DNA from: Opitutales bacterium
GTDB taxonomy: Bacteria; Verrucomicrobiota; Verrucomicrobiia; Opitutales; JAKPNF01
Direction: 5' to 3'
Assembly: GCA_031556275.1 (NCBI GenBank)
Contig: JAVBTG010000040.1
Coordinates: forward strand, 1 to 39,096
Length of the DNA: 39,096 bases
Both the position numbers and the translations under genes were made by a program. Positions 1-9,539 of this stretch are shown piece by piece (position 1 is the first letter of the stretch; the number at the start of each line of letters is the position of its first letter). The notes under the pieces are model-generated. The model worked only from the letters and a program-made list of their open reading frames with translations. It made no database searches and had not been told where the DNA came from.

Positions 1-998
1 GAAACGCCGTGCGAGCAGGAATACGTCGCCAAAATCCCGCCCGGCGAGAGCATCCGCAGCGCGCGCAGATTCAATTCCTTGTACCCGCGCAACGCGCCGG
101 GCACGGCCTGCTTCCCCCGCGCGAACGAAGGGGGATCCAAAATAATCAGATCAAACTGCCGGTCGCGATTCGCCGTGAACCAGTCAAACATGTTGGCCTC
201 AACCGCCTCGACGGTGAGGCCGTTGTGCGCGGCGTTGCGGGTCGTCGCGGCCACGCAGTCGGCGGAAATGTCGACCGCCAACACCTCTTTCGCCCCCGCC
301 TTGGCGCATTGCAGGGCGAAGCCGCCTTGGTTGCAAAACCCGTCGAGCACGCGCCGCCCTTTGGCGTAGCGGGCGACGTTCAGATGTTGAAAACGCTGGT
401 CGAGGAAGAACCCCGTCTTCTGCGCTCCCGGCAAATCGAGCCAATAGGAAACGCCCTCCACCTCCACCCAGCGCGGCTCCCACGTCTTGCCGCTGACAGT
501 GCGCACGACGGGCGTCAGCCCCTCGTACCGCCGCGCAGGCGCGTCGTTGCGGATGATAATGTCCTCCGGTGAAAAAAGCTCTTTTAGCGCCGCGCAAACC
601 GTGTCCAACGCCTTGTCCATCGCGAGCGTGAGCGTCTGCACGACCAGCGTGCCGCCGAAGCGGTCGACGACGAGGCCCGGCAGGTGGTCGGCCTCCGACC
701 ACACGATCCGCCCTGTTGTCATTCCAACAGGTCGTCGCCGTATGCACGCGCCGATCGCGGAGAGAAAAAAGTCCTTGTCCAACCGCTCAACGACCGAGCG
801 CGAGACGCGCCGCCACACGATCTGCGATTTGCCGTTGTAAACGCCCGTGCCCAGCGAGCGGTTGCGCGCGTCGAACAACTCCGCCAGCGACCCGTCGCAG
901 CTTTCGGGAAAACGCTCCTGCACCTCGGAGGAAAACACCCACGGATGCCCGCGCAACACGCGGGGAAAAGGCAAATTCTTCAATCGCAGTCGCAACAT
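1..998 (-). CDS. rlmI: RlmI/RlmK-family class I SAM-dependent 23S rRNA methyltransferase (3' end runs off the window; not in the ORF track)
   Basis: Hand translation from ATG at 998: MLRLRLKNLPFPRVLRGHPWVFSSEV (PUA-domain start), QKTGFFLDQR, FCNQGGFAL..AKAGAKEVLAVDIS SAM-binding motif. Confidence 0.85.
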   Translation of the reverse strand, partial: MLRLRLKNLPFPRVLRGHPWVFSSEVQERFPESCDGSLAELFDARNRSLGTGVYNGKSQIVWRRVSRSVVERLDKDFFLSAIGACIRRRPVGMTTGRIVWSEADHLPGLVVDRFGGTLVVQTLTLAMDKALDTVCAALKELFSPEDIIIRNDAPARRYEGLTPVVRTVSGKTWEPRWVEVEGVSYWLDLPGAQKTGFFLDQRFQHLNVARYAKGRRVLDGFCNQGGFALQCAKAGAKEVLAVDISADCVAATTRNAAHNGLTVEAVEANMFDWFTANRDRQFDLIILDPPSFARGKQAVPGALRGYKELNLRALRMLSPGGILATYSCSHGV

Positions 999-1044
999 GG
1001 CTTAAAAACAAAAAGATGAAAAAAGAAAACTTCCAAAACCCGAC

Positions 1045-2160
1045 TCACACGGCCTTCTTAAAAAGCCACGCGGAAAACCCGAGCATCGCCACGACCGGAA
1101 TCCACGCCGCCAAAAACGGCGCGATCAGCCCGTTGGAGCCGAGCATCGTGCAGATATTGGCCAAAATATAAAACGCCAGAAACAACCCCGCCGATTTGGA
1201 GACGCCCACCATCGGGTTGGTGCGCACGCCCGCCACCGCGTACGGCACGGCGATCCCCACGACCACAAGGCACACAAAGGGATTCGACAATATGCCGTGG
1301 TACTGCACCAGATAGCTGAGCAAACGCGGGTTGTCCTTGGCCGGAATCGCCTTCAGCACGCTCGTGATCTCAAAAAACGAAAGGTCTTTCGGACGCTTGA
1401 TGAGCGTCTGCATCAGATCCGGCCCCTCCTTCCAATCCGGGTGCGATTTTTCCTTAAAAGTGACCGCGCGCACCGGCTCGCCGCTGACAGGGTCAAACGT
1501 CATCTCCCGCCCGTTGAGCAGCACCCAGTGGTGGTCCACGTCGTCGTAATAGGCCTCGTCGGCGGTGGTGCGCGAGACTTCCCTGCCCTGCGGATCCTTC
1601 TGGTACACGCTCACGCCAAACCCGCGGTACGCGTACTGGCTGAACGAGTTCATCATCCACAGCCGCCCCTCGCGGCGGTTGTCAAACCCCAGCTGCGAGA
1701 CAAGCCCCACCCTGTGACTGCTGCCCTTTTCGCGCGCCTGCGCCGCGAATTCCAAATTGTCCTTGAAGTGGCGCGACTGCTCCACCGAAATCGGCACGAG
1801 CCACGCGTTGAGCGCCAGCATCACCAGCGCCAAAAGTCCGCCCGCCACAAACAGCGGGGCCGCGATGCGCCACAGCGTTATCCCGACGGCCCGCATCGCG
1901 ATAATTTCTTGGTTGCGGTGCAGCTGCCCCATGCAAAACAGCACGGAGATCAGCAAGCTCACCGGCATCACGATCGGCAGCAGGCTCGGGGTCAGCGCCA
2001 CGTAATACCACAGCATCTCCCCCACCGAGGCGTCGGCGTTGAGCAGCTGGTGCAAGGAGGTGTTCGCGTCGACCAGCATCAGCACGCCCAAGGTGGCCCC
2101 CAAAGAGAGGCCGAATATCTTGAGCCATTCGCCAAATATGTACCGATCGAGCAATCGCAT
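1045..2160 (-). CDS. lptG: LptF/LptG-family LPS export permease
   Basis: MRLLDRYIF start, N-terminal TM helices, NQEIIAMRAVGI motif, periplasmic domain, C-terminal 'PFLAAWIP'. Start set at ATG 2160; F versus G assignment is tentative. Confidence 0.85.
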   Translation of the reverse strand: MRLLDRYIFGEWLKIFGLSLGATLGVLMLVDANTSLHQLLNADASVGEMLWYYVALTPSLLPIVMPVSLLISVLFCMGQLHRNQEIIAMRAVGITLWRIAAPLFVAGGLLALVMLALNAWLVPISVEQSRHFKDNLEFAAQAREKGSSHRVGLVSQLGFDNRREGRLWMMNSFSQYAYRGFGVSVYQKDPQGREVSRTTADEAYYDDVDHHWVLLNGREMTFDPVSGEPVRAVTFKEKSHPDWKEGPDLMQTLIKRPKDLSFFEITSVLKAIPAKDNPRLLSYLVQYHGILSNPFVCLVVVGIAVPYAVAGVRTNPMVGVSKSAGLFLAFYILANICTMLGSNGLIAPFLAAWIPVVAMLGFSAWLFKKAV

Positions 2161-2283
2161 GAAAAAAACAAGCATAGGCGGCACGCCCCCAAAAGTCAGC
2201 CCCAAAAGCCCGCGCACACCGCCCCATTTGTGCTTTTCTCATTCGCGCGGCACCGCTAATATACATCCTGTTTTACCCCTGTC

Positions 2284-4074
2284 ATGCCCAAAGAACTGCG
2301 CCCCGCCGAACAATGGAACACCCGCTTGGGTGCCATTCTCGCCGTCGCGGGCAGCGCGGTCGGGCTGGGCAATTTTTTGCGTTTTCCGGGGCAGGTGGCG
2401 ATGTACGGCGGCGGCTCGTTCATGATCGCCTACGCAGTCTCCTTCATGCTGATCGGCATCCCTCTGTGCCTCGCGGAGTGGACGATGGGGCGCTACGGCG
2501 GCGCGCGCGGTTTTCACAGTTCCTCCGGCGTCCTCTCCTGCGTGCTGCGCCATCCGATAGGGAAATACATCGGCGTCATCAACATCATGGTGCCGATCTG
2601 CCTGTTCATGTATTACGCCTGCATCGAGGCGTGGACGCTGGGCTACGCCGTCAACGCCATGCGCGGGGAGCTGCATTTTGAGACCATCGATCAGGCGCAG
2701 GCGTATTTTGCGAACTTCGTCGGGCTGTCCGAAAACGGGGCGGCCGCCGCCGCCAATCTCGACACGGCGGGCGTCTTTCTGGTGGCCGTCATCTTCATCA
2801 ATTTGCTGATCCTCTGGCGCGGCCTTTCGCGCGGCATCGAGGTGTTCTGCCGCTACGCGATGCCCGCGCTCATCGTCATGGGGCTGGTCATCCTCGTGCG
2901 CGTGCTGACGCTGGGCACCCCCGACGCCGCGCACCCCGACCGCAACGTCGACAGCGGCCTCGGCTTCATGTGGAACCCGGCCAAGACCGTGCTGGAAACG
3001 CGCCAAACGCCCGAAAGCCTCTGGACGCGCGTGCCCGCGAGGGACGGGGGCGATCTCGTCGGCCCCGTCGCCATCGCCGAGGCCCAATCGCGCGTGGACG
3101 CCTCCCCCGAGACGCTCCGCGTCACCCGCATCACGATGTGGCAACAGCTCGCCAACCCCCAACTCTGGCTGGCGGCGGCGGGGCAGGTGTTCTTCACCCT
3201 CTCCGTGGGCATGGCGACGCTGTGCACCTACGCCAGCTACCTCAAACGGCGCGACGACGTCGTGCTCGGCTCCCTCAGCAGCGCGTCGGTCAACGAGTTT
3301 TGCGAGGTGGCCTTGGGCGGGCTCATCACGCTACCGGCGGGGGTGGCCTTCCTCGGCGTGGCGAGCGTCGCGGGGATGTGCAGCTCCTTCGACCTCGGCT
3401 TCAACGTCCTGCCGCTGGTCTTCGCGCACCTGCCTTTCGGCGTCTTCTTCGCGGCGCTGTTTTTCTTCCTGCTGTTTCTGGCGGCGGCCACCAGCTCCCT
3501 CTCCATGCTCCAGCCCGGCATCGCCTTTTTGGAGGAGGCGATGGGCATAGGGCGCAAACAGTCGCTCGTCATCCTCTCCACGCTGACGGTCATGGGGTCC
3601 GGCTACTGCTTCTTTTTTTCCAAAGACCTGCACGCGATCGCAACGCTCGACTTTTGGGGCGGCAATTTTTTGGTCTTCGTGTGCGGCATGACGAATATCA
3701 TCATCTTCTCGTGGTTTTTCCCCCTCAAGCGCGGATGGGAGCAAATGCAGATAGGAGCCGCCATCCGCCTGCCGAATATCTTTAAAACCATCCTGCGCTA
3801 CGTCTGCCCGTGTTTTTTGCTGGTCATTTTCGTCTACTGGTTTTTCGTGAACATCTTCGGCATCGACACGGGCACCGACGCCTCCGTGCAGGTGAGCTCC
3901 TACATCCGCGACCTTTTCGTCGAGCCTAACCCCGTGTCGTGGGGCGGCATCGGCGTCATGGCGTTCTTCTTTGTTTTCGGCATCCTCGTGGTGCGCGCCT
4001 CCCCGCGCCTGCCGATGGCGCACCGCCACCACGCCCGCCTCAAACGCCCGCGCAGAAAGGCCGTTTCATCATGA
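2284..4074 (+). CDS. Sodium-dependent transporter, NSS/SNF family
   Basis: W.TRLG.ILA.AGSAVGLGNFLRFP, GGGSF, WLAAAGQVFFTLSVG, YASY signatures; about 12 hydrophobic segments. Confidence 0.95.
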   Translation: MPKELRPAEQWNTRLGAILAVAGSAVGLGNFLRFPGQVAMYGGGSFMIAYAVSFMLIGIPLCLAEWTMGRYGGARGFHSSSGVLSCVLRHPIGKYIGVINIMVPICLFMYYACIEAWTLGYAVNAMRGELHFETIDQAQAYFANFVGLSENGAAAAANLDTAGVFLVAVIFINLLILWRGLSRGIEVFCRYAMPALIVMGLVILVRVLTLGTPDAAHPDRNVDSGLGFMWNPAKTVLETRQTPESLWTRVPARDGGDLVGPVAIAEAQSRVDASPETLRVTRITMWQQLANPQLWLAAAGQVFFTLSVGMATLCTYASYLKRRDDVVLGSLSSASVNEFCEVALGGLITLPAGVAFLGVASVAGMCSSFDLGFNVLPLVFAHLPFGVFFAALFFFLLFLAAATSSLSMLQPGIAFLEEAMGIGRKQSLVILSTLTVMGSGYCFFFSKDLHAIATLDFWGGNFLVFVCGMTNIIIFSWFFPLKRGWEQMQIGAAIRLPNIFKTILRYVCPCFLLVIFVYWFFVNIFGIDTGTDASVQVSSYIRDLFVEPNPVSWGGIGVMAFFFVFGILVVRASPRLPMAHRHHARLKRPRRKAVSS

Positions 4075-4244
4075 CGACCGGCGGCTGGATTATCATGCTC
4101 ACTTCCGTCACCTTGGCGACGTGCTTCATGCTCTGGTGCCTGTGGAAAGTCTTCACAGTCGGCAACGAAGACAAGTCCGGCACGCCCGCTTCCAAAAAAC
4201 CCAAGCGCGGCGACATCTCCGAGATTCCCCCGCCGCATTTGTAA
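4071..4244 (+). CDS. Small single-TM protein, MetS-like NSS transporter small subunit (57 aa)
   Basis: ATGA overlap with the NSS stop; MTTGGWIIMLTSVTLATCFMLWCLWKVF then a charged tail. Confidence 0.75.
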   Translation: MTTGGWIIMLTSVTLATCFMLWCLWKVFTVGNEDKSGTPASKKPKRGDISEIPPPHL

Positions 4245-4251
4245 TTTTCCC

Positions 4252-4737
4252 ATGCGCCTCACACACATACTTCTCTCTTCTTTTTTTCTCTGCCTGTTCT
4301 GCGGCTGCGCCTCGACGGCGCAGCACCGCGACCGCCAATACGCCAACGACTGGGACGGCGCGCTTTCGCAGCGCATCCAACAAGGCGTCATCGCTCAGGG
4401 CGACACGCGATTGATGGTCTACGTCGCCTACGGCCCGCCCTTGTATCAGCCAATCCTCACCGACCGCAACCGCGAGCGCTGGGAATACCTCGGCTCCATC
4501 AAGCCCCGCCCCGAATTGCTCAGGCCGCTGGAAACCACGTCCGTGTGCTTTTCCTCCACCAACGACGTGCGCTTTGAAAACCCCTTCCAAACGCAAAATT
4601 CGCTGAAAACCCTCGTTGTCGAATTCGACGAGCAGGGAAAAGTCGTGAGTTTCTCCCTCTTCCCCGCCCCCGCGGGCAGCCGCGTCACCCGCCCCGACTC
4701 CACAGCCTTCCGCTTGCCCGACTTACCAAAGCGGTGA
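4252..4737 (+). CDS. Hypothetical lipoprotein
   Basis: Hydrophobic N-terminus with lipobox LFCGC; 'GDTRLMVYVAYGPP...ERWEY' resembles SmpA/BamE-like small lipoproteins. Confidence 0.65.
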   Translation: MRLTHILLSSFFLCLFCGCASTAQHRDRQYANDWDGALSQRIQQGVIAQGDTRLMVYVAYGPPLYQPILTDRNRERWEYLGSIKPRPELLRPLETTSVCFSSTNDVRFENPFQTQNSLKTLVVEFDEQGKVVSFSLFPAPAGSRVTRPDSTAFRLPDLPKR

Positions 4738-4769
4738 CTTTTTTAAAAAATCTGTCTAAGCTAGAAACC

Positions 4770-6155
4770 ATGCATTTGCTGCGTCGTTTCCTCATTCTGT
4801 CTCTCGCGCTGTTAGGCGCGCTCCCAGCGCTGTGCGGCGCGCCCAAATATGTCATCCTCTTTGTCGGCGACGGTTTTGGCATGAACGCGCGCTCGCTCGT
4901 CGAAACGGCGATGGGCGAACCGCTTCTATTAAACTCCCTGCCCTCGCGCGCCCGGATGACAACCTCCAACGCCCTCAACGAGACGACGGACTCCGCCGCG
5001 GGCGGCACCGCCATCGCCTGCGGGGTGAAAACCGTCAACCGCGCGATAGGCGTGGACAAAGACCTAAAGCCCGTCGACAGCATCGCCACGCGCCTGCAGG
5101 CGAGGGGTTTTAAAATCGGCATGGTCAGCTCCTCCCCGCTCAACGACGCCACCCCCGCGGCCTATTACGCCCACCAAAACCACCGCAAACACCTCCGCGC
5201 CATCATCGACGAAATGGCCGCCAGCGGGTTTGAATGCTTCGGCGGCACCCCGCCCGTCCACGGCGACAAAGAACTGGACGCGCCGTCGGCAAAACTCACC
5301 CGCGATATCTGCGAGAAAAACGGCTACCTCGTCTTCGAGGGCGAAACATGCCTCGAGCAGTCCCGCCAAACGCCCTCGGATAAAAAAGTCTGCCTTTGGT
5401 TTACCCCCGACACGCCGCGCTTCAACAAGCCCGCCGAGCGCGCCACGCTGGCGGACTTCACGAAAGAGGCGATCCGCCGCCTCGACAATCCCGATGGCTT
5501 TTTTCTCATGGTGGAAAAAGGGGACATCGACTACGCCGGCCACGGCAACGACTCGGGAAAGCTCGTCTGGGAGGTGCTCGACTTCGACAAGGCCGTGAAA
5601 GTCGGGCTCGATTTCCAAAAAGAACGCCCCGATGACGTTCTCATCATCGTGACAGCCGACCACGAAACGGGCGGCCTCGAACTCGACAACCCCACCCACG
5701 AAAGCCTCGAGCGCCTCTTTCGCCAAAAGGAGGGCCTCGTCGAACTGCAAAAAACGGTCAAAAAACTCGCAAAAGAGGCAGCTGAACCGTCTCGCGAAAA
5801 AGTCGTCGCGATTTTGGAAAACGCCCTGCTTTCCGGCGAACCCCCGTTCACGCAAACCGAGCGCGCCCGCATTTGCGCCGCCTACGACAAGTACGTCGAA
5901 TCCCTAAAAAAACCCACCGACGAGACGCTTTCGTGGTTTGAGACCATATACGGCAAATACTGCCCCCCCGTCGTCGAGGCCTTCCACATCCGCGACGAGC
6001 GCGCGAAAATCCGCTTCACCACCTTCCGCCACAGCAACGCCGACGTCTGGACGTCCGCCGTCGGCCCCGGCCACGAATCCTTCGCAACCCCGATGGACAA
6101 CACCGACATCTCGAAAAAGATCGAGGCGATCGTGTTCCCGCAGGTAAAACAATAA
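4770..6155 (+). CDS. Secreted alkaline phosphatase (PhoA family)
   Basis: Signal peptide; VGDGFG, TDSAAGGTA (catalytic Ser), DATPAA, VEKGDIDYAGH, TADHETGG. Confidence 0.95.
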   Translation: MHLLRRFLILSLALLGALPALCGAPKYVILFVGDGFGMNARSLVETAMGEPLLLNSLPSRARMTTSNALNETTDSAAGGTAIACGVKTVNRAIGVDKDLKPVDSIATRLQARGFKIGMVSSSPLNDATPAAYYAHQNHRKHLRAIIDEMAASGFECFGGTPPVHGDKELDAPSAKLTRDICEKNGYLVFEGETCLEQSRQTPSDKKVCLWFTPDTPRFNKPAERATLADFTKEAIRRLDNPDGFFLMVEKGDIDYAGHGNDSGKLVWEVLDFDKAVKVGLDFQKERPDDVLIIVTADHETGGLELDNPTHESLERLFRQKEGLVELQKTVKKLAKEAAEPSREKVVAILENALLSGEPPFTQTERARICAAYDKYVESLKKPTDETLSWFETIYGKYCPPVVEAFHIRDERAKIRFTTFRHSNADVWTSAVGPGHESFATPMDNTDISKKIEAIVFPQVKQ

Positions 6156-6179
6156 AGCGAAATTTTTATTTTTTAAATC

Positions 6180-6410
6180 ATGGGCATGATTATATCGTTG
6201 TTCCTCGCAATTGCGGGGTCTGTCGCGCTTTATCAAACATTGCACATGAGCATGGACCGGGATTGGGGCGTGATCGCATCCGTCGCGATCATGATATTGT
6301 TTTTCTTGCTCTACACAGGAATATGCGCCCTATTCGGGCTCCCCTGTTTGTTCGGTATATTGGCCTTTTTCATCGTCGGGATTTACGCATTAAAAGCCTA
6401 CTTCCGCTAA
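6180..6410 (+). CDS. Small hydrophobic membrane protein (76 aa, about 3 TM)
   Basis: Almost entirely hydrophobic ORF filling the gap between the phosphatase and mtaB; visibly AT-richer than flanks. Confidence 0.6.
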   Translation: MGMIISLFLAIAGSVALYQTLHMSMDRDWGVIASVAIMILFFLLYTGICALFGLPCLFGILAFFIVGIYALKAYFR

Positions 6411-7717
6411 CCAAATAGTTCGGTCACTTCCCCCTCCATCGCGTCGCCGTGCGGTCGCACGAGTTTCACGCGGGCGAGTCGGTTGCGCAAATCGCGCGCG
6501 TCCTTGGTGATGACGCGCAAAAAATTGTCCGTCAGGCCGGGCCAATAGCCGGGGCGCGGGTTTTCAAAAAGAACCTCGACCGTTTTCCCCAAAAGGCTTT
6601 CGGCCCAACCGCGGTGCTTTTGGGCGGAGAGCCCGCGCAACACGGCGGAGCGGCGGTACCGTTCGGCCACGGGGACCGACTCCGGCATTTTCGCCGACAA
6701 AGTGCCGGGACGTTCGGAGTAGGAAAACACATGCGCGTATTGGAACGGACTTTCCAAAAAGGAACGGCAGGTTTCCTCGAATTCGTCAATCCCCTCGTGC
6801 GGGTGGCCGACCAAAATGTCGGTGCCAAGCCCGATGCCGGGAACCGATTCGGCGGCGTGCCGCGCAAAAGCCAATACTTCTTCCAACGTGTAGCGCCGCC
6901 GCATTTTCTCCAAAATTTTCGCGCTGCCCGACTGGATCGGCAGGTGCAAATACGGCAACAGCGGATGCCCCTTGTCGCGCATGCGGGCGAAAAGGCCGTC
7001 GGCGGGCACGGTCGTCGGTTCAATCGAGCTGATACGCAAACGGTCGATCCCACGCACCTGCGCCAGCGCGTCGATCAGCGCCAAAAAATCGCGTCCGCCG
7101 TGCGCGTACTGGCCGATATTGACGCCGGTGAGCACGAGCTCGCGCACGCCCCTGTGCGCCAAAGATTTCGCCTCCGCCAACGCGTCCTCCCAATCGCGAC
7201 TGCGGGCGACCCCGCGCGCTTTGGGGATGATGCAGTAGGCGCAACCGAAGTTGCAGCCCTCCTGTACTTTTATGTTGGCGCGTTGCGGGAACGGCCCGGC
7301 GTTGGAAGCAAAGGGAACGCTGAAATCGCCCCGCGCCAAAGGCGCGCGCACGACCTCGGGTTTTGTCTTCTTTTTCGCGTCGCCGACGAGCCTTGGCAAA
7401 TCCAGCTTGGCGTCATTTCCGACGATAAGATCAACACCAGCCCATTCTGAAAAATCCTGCGTGTCGGCCTGCGGCAGACAGCCCACGACGGCGACAAACG
7501 CCCCCGGATTGCGCGCGACGGCTTGGCGGATGCTCTGGCGGCATTTGGCCTCGGCCAGCCCCGTCACGCAACAGGTGTTGACAATCACCAAGTCGGCGGG
7601 CGTCTCCTCGGCGGCCGTTGCCCAACCCGCCTGCGTCAGCAGGTCGCGCAACAGCACGCTCTCCGCCTGATTCAGACGGCAACCGTGGGTGAGGATGCGC
7701 GCGCTACGGCCCATCAT
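6407..7717 (-). CDS. mtaB: tRNA methylthiotransferase MtaB (radical SAM, UPF0004 + TRAM)
   Basis: THGCRLNQAES, NTCCVT..AEAKCRQ, KVQEGCNFGCAYCIIP (CxxxCxxC), RISSIEP, HLPIQSGS. Confidence 0.92.
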   Translation of the reverse strand: MMGRSARILTHGCRLNQAESVLLRDLLTQAGWATAAEETPADLVIVNTCCVTGLAEAKCRQSIRQAVARNPGAFVAVVGCLPQADTQDFSEWAGVDLIVGNDAKLDLPRLVGDAKKKTKPEVVRAPLARGDFSVPFASNAGPFPQRANIKVQEGCNFGCAYCIIPKARGVARSRDWEDALAEAKSLAHRGVRELVLTGVNIGQYAHGGRDFLALIDALAQVRGIDRLRISSIEPTTVPADGLFARMRDKGHPLLPYLHLPIQSGSAKILEKMRRRYTLEEVLAFARHAAESVPGIGLGTDILVGHPHEGIDEFEETCRSFLESPFQYAHVFSYSERPGTLSAKMPESVPVAERYRRSAVLRGLSAQKHRGWAESLLGKTVEVLFENPRPGYWPGLTDNFLRVITKDARDLRNRLARVKLVRPHGDAMEGEVTELFG

Positions 7718-8381
7718 GCTTCGACACCTCGTACACCGCGTATCCGGCGCACAGGTTCGGCAGCCAACGACACGGTTTCTCCCAGTCACCGCCCAAGTAG
7801 ACGCGGCGGTGAATTTTTAACGAACGCGTCTGGCAAAACTCCTCAAAAGCGGCCACGGAAACGGGGTTGCTCGGGTGCGCGGCGTACCACGGCAAGCCAG
7901 TGTTCTCGCGGACATGGGCGTGGCGGCGGCCCGCCTCCTCGTACGTCTTGCTGCGGGCGCGCTTGCCCTTCATGAGCATGTGCAGGCGGTTGCGCCAGTT
8001 GCCGTAGTTGGCGAAGCTGACCGCGAGGCGCTTGCCCACTTTCAACGCGGACTCCAGCAGTTCGCCCGGCTCGTCCAATTCCTCCAACGTGCGCGAGCAC
8101 ACGATCCAGTCGAAATGCACGCCCTCCTTTTCAAAAGTCGCCAACGCCTTGCGCACGTCGCCCTGCATGACAGAAACGCCGCGTTCGACGCAACCGCGCA
8201 CTTTGCCCAAATCCATATCGACGCCGACGGCGCGCACCTGTTTTATTTTTTGCAAGTGCTCGAGCAAAATACCGCGACCGCATCCCAAGTCCAACACGGA
8301 CGCGCCCTGCCCGATCCACTCACCCAAGATGAGCAGGTCGGTTTCGCGCTTGATGTTTTGGCGGCTGTTGGGCGCGTTCAT
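7704..8381 (-). CDS. metW: Methionine biosynthesis protein MetW (SAM-MTase fold)
   Basis: VLDLGCGRG motif, VSFANYGNWRNR; directly downstream of metX. Confidence 0.9.
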   Translation of the reverse strand: MNAPNSRQNIKRETDLLILGEWIGQGASVLDLGCGRGILLEHLQKIKQVRAVGVDMDLGKVRGCVERGVSVMQGDVRKALATFEKEGVHFDWIVCSRTLEELDEPGELLESALKVGKRLAVSFANYGNWRNRLHMLMKGKRARSKTYEEAGRRHAHVRENTGLPWYAAHPSNPVSVAAFEEFCQTRSLKIHRRVYLGGDWEKPCRWLPNLCAGYAVYEVSKHDGP

Positions 8382-8385
8382 AAGG

Positions 8386-9489
8386 TTAGTCTTTCAAAAA
8401 GCCGTTCACCAATCCGTGCAATGCCGGGGCGTTCACCAAAAAGGAGTCATGGCCGTAATCCATCTCGATCTCGGCGTAGCTGGCGCGTTTGCCCGCCTTC
8501 AGCATGGCGTAGGCGATCTCGCGGTTTTGGGCGGGTGGAAAGAGCCAGTCAGAAGTGAAGCCCACGACCAACGCGCGGGCCCGCATCGGCTCAAAGGCCT
8601 TCCACAGCTCGCCGTCCGGCCCGTGGAGGTCGAAGCGGTCGAGGGCGTTGGTGAAATAAATATAGGTGTTCGCGTCGAAGCGGTTGACGAAGCTTTTGCC
8701 CTGATAGCGCAGGTACTCGGCCACCTCAAAGCGGTTTTTCGCGAATTTGCGCTGCATCCCCTTGTCGGAAAGATAGGTGATGTGCGCCATCATGCGCGCG
8801 ACGGAGAGGCCGACATCCGGCCCCTTTTGCGGGCCGTAATCGCCCTCCTTCCAGTCGGGATCCTGCATGATCGCGCAGCGGCCCACCTCGTTGAAGGCGA
8901 TGGCCTGCGCGTTTTGGCGGGCGGTCGTCGCGAGCGCGAGCACGCGGTCCACTTTTTCGGAAAACTCTATCCCCCATTGGAGCGCCTGCATCCCGCCCAT
9001 CGAGCCGCCGACCGCGCAGGCGACGCGGTTGATGCCCAAATGCCCGAACACAAGCCTGCCCTGCGCGCGCACCATGTCGCGCACGGTGATCTGTGGGAAG
9101 GCCATGTGATACGGCTTTTTCGTGCGCGGGTCGATGGATGCCGGCCCCGTGGAGCCTTGGCAGCCGCCAATGCAGTTGGAGCACACGACAAAAAAACGGT
9201 TCGTGTCGAGCGGCTTTCCGGGCCCGATCATGCGGTTCCACCAGCCGGGCTTGGCGTCGTCAAACGAATGCACTCCCGCGCAGTGGTGGTCGCCGCTCAG
9301 GGCGTGGAAGACGAGCAGCGCGTTGTCCTTCGCGACGTTGAGCTTGCCGTAGGTCTCGTAGCGCAGGGTGAATTCGGGGAGCGTTTCCCCGCTGTCGAAC
9401 ACGAAAGGCTCCTTCGAGACAAAGTCCTCGAAGCTCACAAGCCCGACCTCTCCTTCGGAGGGGTCGGGCATCTGGGAAGCGTCGTTCAC
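8386..9489 (-). CDS. metX: Homoserine O-acyltransferase MetX (start GTG 9489 or ATG 9471)
   Basis: HALSGDHH, GWW..MIGPG, GGCQGSTGP, GGSMGGMQ nucleophile elbow, DWLFPP, GHDSFL. Confidence 0.95.
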   Translation of the reverse strand: MNDASQMPDPSEGEVGLVSFEDFVSKEPFVFDSGETLPEFTLRYETYGKLNVAKDNALLVFHALSGDHHCAGVHSFDDAKPGWWNRMIGPGKPLDTNRFFVVCSNCIGGCQGSTGPASIDPRTKKPYHMAFPQITVRDMVRAQGRLVFGHLGINRVACAVGGSMGGMQALQWGIEFSEKVDRVLALATTARQNAQAIAFNEVGRCAIMQDPDWKEGDYGPQKGPDVGLSVARMMAHITYLSDKGMQRKFAKNRFEVAEYLRYQGKSFVNRFDANTYIYFTNALDRFDLHGPDGELWKAFEPMRARALVVGFTSDWLFPPAQNREIAYAMLKAGKRASYAEIEMDYGHDSFLVNAPALHGLVNGFLKD

Positions 9490-9539
9490 AAAAAACGCGT
9501 TAAAAAAGCTGGCGGCCGTGCGTCCAAACAAGCCAAGGC

